The notes beneath the pieces were generated by a model that was not told where the DNA came from, did no database searches, and saw nothing but the letters and a program-made list of their open reading frames with translations. DNA of 64,000 bases. It comes from Burkholderiales bacterium. GTDB taxonomy: Bacteria > Pseudomonadota > Gammaproteobacteria > Burkholderiales > Burkholderiaceae_C. The DNA is taken from NCBI GenBank assembly GCA_040007475.1, contig JBDTVC010000002.1, positions 4,921 to 68,920 on the forward strand, given 5' to 3'. A program made the position numbers and the translations under genes. Numbering within the stretch: the first letter of the stretch is position 1; the number at the start of each line of letters is the position of its first letter. Below are positions 29,283 through 39,603 of the stretch, piece by piece.

Positions 29283-30275
29283 ATGGCACCGAAAGTCCTG
29301 CTGACACAGGAAATTCACCCTGAGGTGCAGGCGCGCCTGGCACGGTCGGCGGAGCTGGTGGTGGCGCCAGACACCTCGGCCGACACCTTGCGCCGCTGCG
29401 CCGTCGGTTGTTCGGTGGTGGTGGTGCGCGCCCAGTTGCCCGACGACATCTTCGACGTGGCACCCAGCCTCATCGGCGCGGTGCGCCACGGCGCTGGCAT
29501 CGACATGATCCCGATTGATGCCGCCACCGCGCACGGCGTGCTGGTGGCCAACGTGCCGGGGGCGAACGCGATCGCGGTGGCCGAGCACGCGCTGCGCAGC
29601 ATGCTCGAACTCGCCCGCGCGGCGCCGGTGATGGCCGACGCGCTGTATGCCGGCCGCAGTGCCGCCTGGAAGAAGGCCCGTGCGATGGCCGACCGTGGCT
29701 TCGAGCTGAGCGGTCGCACGCTCGGCCTGATCGGGTATGGCAACGTCGGGCGGGCGCTGGCGCGCATGTGCTCGCAAGGCCTCGGCATGAAGGTGCTCAC
29801 CTGCACGCGCAAGGCCTTGCCGCTGGGGGAAGCCTGGGCCACCCGCGAGCCTCTTGCCGACTTGTTGCAGAACAGCGATTTCGTCGTGCTGGCCTGCCCG
29901 CTGACGCACGAGACACGTGGCCTGGTCGGTGCGACCGAACTGGCGCTGATGCGGCCCGGCGCGTTCCTCGTCAACGTCGCCCGGGGGCCGGTCGTCGTCG
30001 AGGCGGCACTCGTCGATGCCTTGCGCTCTGCGCGTCTGGCCGGTGCGGCGATCGATGTGTTCGACCAACCGCCGCTCCCGGACGATCATCCGTTCTGGGC
30101 ATTGCCGCAGGTGCTCGTCACGCCGCATGTTGCCGGTATCACCGAAGAGAGCATGTCACGCATGGGCGCCGGCGCCGCCGGGGCTGTCGAGCAGATCCTG
30201 CGCGGCGACATCCCTGAGAACTGCGTCAATCCGCAGGCCATATCGGCGTTCAAGGCGCGTTTCTCGACGGGCTAG
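29283..30275 (+). CDS. D-isomer-specific 2-hydroxyacid dehydrogenase family protein
   Basis: NAD motif TLGLIGYGNVGRAL, catalytic-region motifs NVARGPVV and TPHVAG; about 330 aa. Trimmed from track ORF 29184. Confidence 0.85.
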   Translation: MAPKVLLTQEIHPEVQARLARSAELVVAPDTSADTLRRCAVGCSVVVVRAQLPDDIFDVAPSLIGAVRHGAGIDMIPIDAATAHGVLVANVPGANAIAVAEHALRSMLELARAAPVMADALYAGRSAAWKKARAMADRGFELSGRTLGLIGYGNVGRALARMCSQGLGMKVLTCTRKALPLGEAWATREPLADLLQNSDFVVLACPLTHETRGLVGATELALMRPGAFLVNVARGPVVVEAALVDALRSARLAGAAIDVFDQPPLPDDHPFWALPQVLVTPHVAGITEESMSRMGAGAAGAVEQILRGDIPENCVNPQAISAFKARFSTG

Positions 30276-30521
30276 CAGGAGGCAGGAGGCCGCTCCGCCG
30301 AAAGCAGGGTCCTGAGCCGGCGCGGATGTCCTTGCCCGGTTTCATGCCGGCTTCCTCGATTGCCTGGATCGTTCCATCACTTCCTTGGCCTTGGCGCGTG
30401 TGAAGTCACCGGTCTGCGAGCGGATGATCTTGATGAGCGGGACTTGGCCCGTTTGGCCTCGAGCAGCACCGTGTCCCACCCGGTCGTGACGAGCGCGCAA
30501 GAATGATGACGCCTTCTGCCC

Positions 30522-30635
30522 ATGAAACGGCTGCTCGCCGAAGACGACGCGATGCTTGCCGATGCATTGACGCCCAGTCTGAAGGGCGCCGGCTTCGACG
30601 GCGAGATCGCCGCCAACAGTGCAGTGCCCGACTAA
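30522..30635 (+). pseudogene. Relic of a response-regulator receiver domain (first 37 codons only)
   Basis: ATG AAA CGG... translates to MKRLLAEDDAMLADALTPSLKGAGFDGEIAANSAVPD-stop. This is a typical OmpR-type receiver opening (LLAEDD acidic pocket) that stops before the phospho-acceptor Asp. Confidence 0.5.
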
Positions 30636-30641
30636 CTGTTG

Positions 30642-31514
30642 CTACCCGAACCGCAGCGCCATCACGCCGGCGACGATCACCCCGGTGCCGACCGCGCGCT
30701 GCGCGCCGAAGCGTTCCTTCAGCAGCACCGTGCCGAGCACGGCGGCGAACAGCACCGAAGTCTCGCGCAGCGCGGCGACCGATGCGACCGGTGCACGCGT
30801 CATCGCCCACAGCGCGATCGCGTACGAGCCGATCGAGGCACTGCCGCCCAGCATCGCCACCGGCCAGCGCGCACGCGCGTAGCGCATGACTTCGCGCCGG
30901 CCCTCGCGCGAGCGGCGCAGCCACACGATCAGTGGATAGGCGATGCCGTCGAGCACGAAGAGCAGCATCACGTAGCGCAGCGCGCCGTGATCGTCGACGA
31001 CGCTGGCCCGCACGCCGCGGCCATCGACGATGGTGTAGAGCGCGATGATCGCAGCGTTGCTGAACGCGAACATCAGGGCCTTGCCGTGATGCAAAGCCTC
31101 GCCCGGATGCGCCAGCCCGACGAGTGCCACGCCAAGCGTGATGCCGGCGATGCCCAGCCACGCGACCAGCGTGGGCGCCTCGCCGATGAAGGCGCCGCTG
31201 GCCAGCGCGACCAGCATCGGCGCGAAGCCGCGCATGATCGGGTAGGTCAGGCCGAGCTCACCGTGCTGGTAGGCGCCGACCAATGCGATGTAGTAGCCGA
31301 TGTGGATCACGAGCGATGCCGCGATGAACGGCCATGCCTTCTCGGGCGGCGGGCCGAACCACAGCATGAAGGGCAGAGCGACGACGGCGCCGAGGAAGTG
31401 CACGAGGGCGGTGTCGAGTGCCTTGTCGTTGCCGGATTTGATCAGCGCGTTCCACGAGGCGTGCAGCAGGGCGCCGAACAGGACCGCCAGGACGATCGGC
31501 CAGGTCAGCGCCAT
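30642..31514 (-). CDS. EamA/DMT-family transporter
   Basis: About 290 aa and 10 TM, with two EamA repeats. Start MALTWPIVLAVLFGALLHASWNALIK (Met81 of the track ORF). Its ATG shares one nt with the upstream stop (TGATG). Confidence 0.8.
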   Translation of the reverse strand: MALTWPIVLAVLFGALLHASWNALIKSGNDKALDTALVHFLGAVVALPFMLWFGPPPEKAWPFIAASLVIHIGYYIALVGAYQHGELGLTYPIMRGFAPMLVALASGAFIGEAPTLVAWLGIAGITLGVALVGLAHPGEALHHGKALMFAFSNAAIIALYTIVDGRGVRASVVDDHGALRYVMLLFVLDGIAYPLIVWLRRSREGRREVMRYARARWPVAMLGGSASIGSYAIALWAMTRAPVASVAALRETSVLFAAVLGTVLLKERFGAQRAVGTGVIVAGVMALRFG

Positions 31515-32068
31515 CACGCTCCTGGGGTCAGCGTGCAGCGCGCCGCGCGGCCGAGGAAGTGGGAGAGCGGGGGCGTGGCCAGTTCGGCCTGCTTCGCCAG
31601 GTCGTCCCACTGCCGCAGCATCACCGCATTGCGCGCGCTGGGCAGCGCGATGAAGGCACCGGCCTGCTCGGCGCTGAACACGCCGCCTTGCAGCGCGAGG
31701 CTGCGTTTCGAGTCGTCCGACAGCTTCGCGTGGTAGCCGGGGTTGGCCTGGCACAGGTAGAGCTTCGCGTCGACGTGCAGCTTGATCGCATCGAGCACCG
31801 CGTCGGGGAACAGGCCGCGCAGGAACGGCAGCGCGAAGTACTGGTGCGTATCGTCGATGCCGCGCAGTGAAGGCGTCTCACCCTGATCGTTCAGCAGATG
31901 CCCGAGATCGTGCAGCAGGCAGGCGGTGATCAGCTCGTCGTCGGCACCCGATTGCTCGGCCAGGTGCGCCGTCTGCAGCGCGTGCTCCAGCTGCGTGACC
32001 GGCTCGCCGCTGTACTGGCTGGTGCCGTGGCGCGCGAAGAGGAGTTCGATGTCGGCGATGGAAAGCAT
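31514..32068 (-). CDS. HD-domain protein of the phosphonate-operon-associated PhnZ-like clade (putative mixed-valent di-iron oxygenase)
   Basis: 184 aa. GEPVTQLEHALQTAHLAEQSGADDELITACLLHDLGHLL closely resembles the PhnZ core (QLEH...HDLGH). It sits in a phnA/phnY operon. Confidence 0.75.
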   Translation of the reverse strand: MLSIADIELLFARHGTSQYSGEPVTQLEHALQTAHLAEQSGADDELITACLLHDLGHLLNDQGETPSLRGIDDTHQYFALPFLRGLFPDAVLDAIKLHVDAKLYLCQANPGYHAKLSDDSKRSLALQGGVFSAEQAGAFIALPSARNAVMLRQWDDLAKQAELATPPLSHFLGRAARCTLTPGA

Positions 32069-32073
32069 GGCGG

Positions 32074-33750
32074 TCAGCGATTCACTTCGTCGGGCGGCAG
32101 CGGCGCGAGCTGCGAGTGGCGGATTCGCGTCTTGCTCAGGGCGCCGGCCGATTCGAGGATCGGGTAGGCGATCGAGCAGATGTGCGAGTTGATGCGTTTG
32201 AGGTCGCTGATCAGGTCGATGTGAAGCGAGCTGGTCTCGATGCTCTGCGCCGTGTTGTCCTGCAGCCGGCCGATGTGGCTGGCGGCGTACTCGTGCTCGA
32301 GGTCACGGAAGCGCGCCTTCTCTTCGAGCAGCTTCTGCGCATCGCGCACATGGCCGTCGAGGAACACGCTCATTCCGAGCCGCAGGTTCGACATCAGCCG
32401 CTCGTGCAGGTGCACGATCTCGGCCATGCCGGCATCCGAGAAGCTGCGCGCCTTGCGGATCTTCTTGTCCTCGATGTCCTGGATCACGCGCTCGATGATG
32501 TCGCCGATCTGCTCCATGTTGATCGTGAACGAGACGATGTCGGTCCAGCGCCGGCTCTCCTCCTTCGATAGCGCCTCGCCCGAGATCTGGGTCAGGTAGA
32601 ACTTGATCGCCGAGTACAGCTCGTCGACCGTGTCGTCCATCTTGCGCAGCTGCTCGGCCAGCGCGAGGTCGTTGTGCTTGAGCACTGGCAGGATGCCGCG
32701 CATCATGGTTTCGACGATGTCGGCCTGGTGCAGTGCCTCACGTGCCGCGCAGGTGATCGCCAGCGACGGCGTGGCGAGCGCAGATGGGTCGAGGTGGCGC
32801 GGGCGGGCCATGTCGGCCGACAGCCGCGGCTCTTTCAGCGCGCGCTCGACGGTGCGTCCGACCAGCCCGGTGAAGCTGATGAACACCAGCGCCAGCGCCA
32901 CGTTGAAGCCGAGGTGGAAGAACACGACCTGCTGGTGCACATCCGGCACCAGCTGTCGCAGCGCGATGTGGACTTGCGGCATCAAGGGGATCGCGCCGAC
33001 CGCACCGACCGCCTTGAAGATCAGGTTGCCCATCGGCAGCCGCCGCACCTGCGGCGAGGCTCCGCTGGTCGCGATCATCGCGAGCAGGCCGCTGCCGAGG
33101 TTGGCGCCGAGCACCAGGCCGAGCGCGACCGGCACGGGGAGCAGGCCGGAACTCGCGAGCGTGGCGGTCAGCAGCACGATCGCCAGGCTCGAGTACGAGA
33201 ACACTGTGAGCACCGCACCGACGACGATGTCGAGCAGGATCTCGTTCGGCAGCGCGACGAGCAGCGCGCGCACCGCGGGCGATTCGGTCAGCGGGCGTGT
33301 GGCGCCGACGATCAGCTGCAGCGCGAGGGTGATCAGCCCGAGCCCGATCAGCACGCGGCCGATGCGGCCGGCGACGGTGTCTTGCCGCGAGATGAACATC
33401 ACGACGCCGGTGAAGATCAGCAGCGGCGACAGCCATGACAGGTCGAACGAGAACACGACCGCCATCAGGGCTGTGCCCACGTCGGCGCCCAGAATGACCG
33501 CCAGCGCGGCGGCGGTCGCGACCAGGCCCTTGCCAACGAACGACGCGACGATCAGGCAAGTGGCTGTGCTCGATTGCACGACGGTCGTGACGCCCAGGCC
33601 TGCGACGAGCGCGGTGAAACGGTTGCTGAAGCTCTTGGCGAGGACGCTGCGCAGGCTTTCACCGAAGACGCGCAGCACGCCGGTGCGGACGATGTGCGTG
33701 CCCCAGACGAGCAGAGCGATGGCGGCGAGCAGGTTGAGAAGGTGGATCAT
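32074..33750 (-). CDS. Na+/phosphate cotransporter-family protein with C-terminal PhoU-like domain (NptA/YjbB type)
   Basis: 558 aa. The N-terminal half is polytopic and contains the duplicated SSTATCLI-type motif. The C-terminal half is helical and PhoU-like (MDDTVDELYSAIKFYL). Confidence 0.85.
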   Translation of the reverse strand: MIHLLNLLAAIALLVWGTHIVRTGVLRVFGESLRSVLAKSFSNRFTALVAGLGVTTVVQSSTATCLIVASFVGKGLVATAAALAVILGADVGTALMAVVFSFDLSWLSPLLIFTGVVMFISRQDTVAGRIGRVLIGLGLITLALQLIVGATRPLTESPAVRALLVALPNEILLDIVVGAVLTVFSYSSLAIVLLTATLASSGLLPVPVALGLVLGANLGSGLLAMIATSGASPQVRRLPMGNLIFKAVGAVGAIPLMPQVHIALRQLVPDVHQQVVFFHLGFNVALALVFISFTGLVGRTVERALKEPRLSADMARPRHLDPSALATPSLAITCAAREALHQADIVETMMRGILPVLKHNDLALAEQLRKMDDTVDELYSAIKFYLTQISGEALSKEESRRWTDIVSFTINMEQIGDIIERVIQDIEDKKIRKARSFSDAGMAEIVHLHERLMSNLRLGMSVFLDGHVRDAQKLLEEKARFRDLEHEYAASHIGRLQDNTAQSIETSSLHIDLISDLKRINSHICSIAYPILESAGALSKTRIRHSQLAPLPPDEVNR

Positions 33751-33759
33751 CGAGTCAGG

Positions 33760-35202
33760 TCAGGCCCAGGGCAACGAATAGGTCTTGGTATTCGTGAAGC
33801 TCTTCATCGCTTCCTGGACGCCTTCCTTGTACCCCAATCCCGAGTCCTTGATGCCGCCGAAGGGTGTCAATTCCAAACGGTAGCCGGGCACCTCGCGCAC
33901 ATTGACCGTGCCGACCTGAAGCTCCGAAACGAACCGGCTGATGTAGTCGAGGCGGTTCGTGCACACGGCCGACGACAGACCGTAGGCGGTCCCGTTGCTG
34001 ATGCGGATCGCCTCGTCGATGCACGCGAAGGTGATGATCGGCGAGATGGGGCCGAAGGTCTCCTGCATCGCGACGGTCATGTCGGGGCGCACGCGATCGA
34101 TCACGGTGGGTGAGTACAGCGCGCCTTGCCGCCGGTTGCCGACAAGCAGGCGCGCGCCTTGCGCGATCGCCTCATCGACGCGCGACTCGAACAGCCGCGC
34201 CGCTTCCTCGTCGATCACCGTGCCCATCTCGTTCTTCAGGTCGCTCGGGTCGCCGTGCGACCAGGCTTTCGTCTTCTCGACCACCAGGTCGGTGAAGCGT
34301 GCAGCCACAGCCTCGTGCACCAGCATCCGCTTCACCGCGGTGCAGCGCTGACCCGAGTTCTTGTACGAGCCTTGCACCGCGAGCGTCGAGGCCTCGTCGA
34401 GGTCGGCGTCCTCCATCACGATGATCGGGTCGTTGCCGCCAAGCTCGAGCACCATGCGCTTGTAGCCGGCGGTCTTCGCGATGTACTTGCCAATCGCCAC
34501 GCCGCCGGTGAAGGTGACGAGGTCGACATCGGCGTTCGTGATCAGCTCGTCGGCGATCTCGCGCGGGTCGCCGGTCACGACCGAGAGCATCTCCGGCGGC
34601 AGGCCGGCCTCGTACAGCAGATCGGCGAAGAGCAGGGCCGACAGCGGCACCTTCTCGGAGGGTTTCAGCACCATCCGGTTGTTGGTCGCGATCGACGGCA
34701 CGACCTTGTGCGCAACCTGGTTCATCGGGTGGTTGAATGGCGTGATCGCGGTGATCACGCCGAGCAGGGGATCGCGCTGCGTGTAGACGCGGCGCTTCTT
34801 GCCGTGGGGCGTGAGGTCGCACGAGAAGATCTGACCGTCGTCCTTCAGGCACTCGTTGGCGCCGAACACCAGCACGTCGGCAACGCGGCCGGCTTCGTAG
34901 GTCGCATCCTTCAGGCTCAGGCCGGCCTCGGCGCTGATCAGCGCGGCGATCTGCGCGGTGCGCTCGCGCACGAGCAGCGCGGTCTTGTTCAGGATGTTCG
35001 AGCGCTCGAAGCGCGTCAGCGCGGCCTTGTAGGCCTTGCCGATCGCGAACGCCCGGCGCACGTCGTCGAGCGTGGCCTTGGGCACGCTGGCGATCGGCTG
35101 GTTCGTGAACGGATTGAAGACGACGATGCAGCGATCGCCGATGCGGTCCGTGCCGACCGTTTCGCCGGCTAATCTCATCCCGTGATTCTGGATCGCGTTC
35201 AT
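33760..35202 (-). CDS. phnY: Aldehyde dehydrogenase, predicted phosphonoacetaldehyde dehydrogenase
   Basis: ALDH motifs ELGGNDP and catalytic Cys GQRCTAVKR; 480 aa. Lies 4 nt downstream of the phosphonoacetate hydrolase gene. Substrate assignment is by context. Confidence 0.75.
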   Translation of the reverse strand: MNAIQNHGMRLAGETVGTDRIGDRCIVVFNPFTNQPIASVPKATLDDVRRAFAIGKAYKAALTRFERSNILNKTALLVRERTAQIAALISAEAGLSLKDATYEAGRVADVLVFGANECLKDDGQIFSCDLTPHGKKRRVYTQRDPLLGVITAITPFNHPMNQVAHKVVPSIATNNRMVLKPSEKVPLSALLFADLLYEAGLPPEMLSVVTGDPREIADELITNADVDLVTFTGGVAIGKYIAKTAGYKRMVLELGGNDPIIVMEDADLDEASTLAVQGSYKNSGQRCTAVKRMLVHEAVAARFTDLVVEKTKAWSHGDPSDLKNEMGTVIDEEAARLFESRVDEAIAQGARLLVGNRRQGALYSPTVIDRVRPDMTVAMQETFGPISPIITFACIDEAIRISNGTAYGLSSAVCTNRLDYISRFVSELQVGTVNVREVPGYRLELTPFGGIKDSGLGYKEGVQEAMKSFTNTKTYSLPWA

Positions 35203-35206
35203 TGCG

Positions 35207-37279
<2,073 letters not shown>

Positions 37280-37330
37280 TCAAGAAACAGTTGACGACCC
37301 ATTCGCGCCACCCCTAGACTGAAACCCAGC

Positions 37331-37346
37331 GGGCACAGCGCTTGCA
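37331..37346 (+). promoter_or_regulatory. Sigma54 (RpoN) promoter of the phnS operon
   Basis: GGGCAC-AGCGC-TTGCA compared with consensus TGGCAC-N5-TTGCA. The GG (37332-3) and GC (37344-5) have the canonical 12-nt register. It lies 36 nt upstream of the phnS ATG, with AGGAGA as the RBS in between. Confidence 0.7.
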
Positions 37347-37381
37347 GCATCCCATCGGTCGATCCCTCTCAGGAGAATTGC

Positions 37382-38431
37382 ATGAATCTGGGTACCTTCA
37401 AGCCGCTGTTCGCGGTGCTGGCCATGGTGTCGGGTATGGCGGTTACCACCGCGGCCTTCGCGCAGAAGACGCAGCTCACCGTGTACACCGCGCTCGAGAC
37501 CGATCAGCTCAAGGCCTACGAGGCCGGCTTCACCAAGGTCAACCCCGACATCGAGATCAAGTGGGTGCGTGACTCCACTGGCGTGATCACCGCCAAGCTG
37601 CTGGCCGAGAAGGCGAACCCCCAGGCCGATGTGGTGATGGGTGTGGCCGCGTCCAGCCTCGCGCTGCTCGACACGAACGGCATGCTGATCCCGTACGCGC
37701 CGCTGAATCTCGACGGCATCATGAGCCAGTACCGTGACAAGAAGAACCCGCCGGCGTGGTTCGGCATGGACGTCTGGGGCGCGACCGTCTGCTTCAACAC
37801 CGTCGAGGCGCAGAAGAAGAACATCCCGAAGCCCGAGACCTGGAAAGACCTGACCAAGCCGGTCTACAAGGGCCAGATCGTGATGCCGAACCCGGCCTCG
37901 TCGGGCACCGGCTTCTTCGACGTGAGCGCGTGGCTCACGCTCTGGGGCGACGACAACGGCAAGGGCGGCGGCTGGAAGTTCATGGACGCGCTGCACGAGA
38001 ACATCGCGCAGTACACCCACTCGGGTTCGAAGCCCTGCAACATGGCGGCGACCGGCGAGTACGTGCTCGGCATCTCGTTCGAGTACCGCGGCAACACCAA
38101 CAAGGCCAAAGGCGCGCCGATCGACCTGGTGTTCCCGAAGGAGGGCCTGGGCTGGGACCTGGAAGCCTTCGCGATCCATGCCGGCACCAAGAAGCTCGCC
38201 GCGGCGAAGAAGCTCGCCGATTGGGCCTCGAGCAAGGACGCGATGAAGCTCTACGGCAAGAACTTCGCGATCACCGCGATCCCCGGCGTCGCCGAGCCGC
38301 TGAAGAACGTGCCGGCCGACTACGAAGCGCGTCTCGTGAAGATGGACTTCGCGACCACCGCGAAGAACCGCGAGCGGGTCTTGGCTGAGTGGAACAAGCG
38401 TTACGACACCAAGAGCGAAGCGAAGAAGTGA
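37382..38431 (+). CDS. phnS: 2-aminoethylphosphonate-type ABC transporter substrate-binding protein
   Basis: Signal peptide MNLGTFKPLFAVLAMVSGMAVTTAAFA; 349 aa. An Fe3+/spermidine-like SBP fold of the phnS2 type, followed by a matching ATPase and a fused permease. Confidence 0.8.
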   Translation: MNLGTFKPLFAVLAMVSGMAVTTAAFAQKTQLTVYTALETDQLKAYEAGFTKVNPDIEIKWVRDSTGVITAKLLAEKANPQADVVMGVAASSLALLDTNGMLIPYAPLNLDGIMSQYRDKKNPPAWFGMDVWGATVCFNTVEAQKKNIPKPETWKDLTKPVYKGQIVMPNPASSGTGFFDVSAWLTLWGDDNGKGGGWKFMDALHENIAQYTHSGSKPCNMAATGEYVLGISFEYRGNTNKAKGAPIDLVFPKEGLGWDLEAFAIHAGTKKLAAAKKLADWASSKDAMKLYGKNFAITAIPGVAEPLKNVPADYEARLVKMDFATTAKNRERVLAEWNKRYDTKSEAKK

Positions 38432-38452
38432 GCATGTCGTTGACGGAGACGA

Positions 38453-38520
38453 GCCCGAGCGCCCGGCCGCCCGAAGCCGGGCGAGACCCCCTTGGGGGGT
38501 GGTCGCTGTATTCGGCGACC
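38453..38520 (-). repeat. REP-like three-hairpin repeat, copy D (inverted orientation) inside the phnS-phnT spacer
   Basis: GCCCG-AGCGCCCGGCCGCCCGAAGC-CGGGC, then ACCCCC-TTG-GGGGGT, then GGTCGC-TGTATTCG-GCGACC. The same three modules as copies A to C, in reverse order and orientation. Confidence 0.7.
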
Positions 38521-38530
38521 GGGGGCTGAC

Positions 38531-39583
<1,053 letters not shown>

Positions 39584-39603
39584 GCCCGCTGGTACGCCGA
39601 TCC

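Noticed and set aside
30377-30616. 79-aa minus-strand ORF (and the 251-aa ORF 30406..31161) in the gene-free gap
   Set aside because: It has a TTG start, Ser/Arg/Ala low-complexity sequence and no RBS or motif. The longer ORF is antisense to the EamA gene. Both are treated as non-coding or relic DNA.
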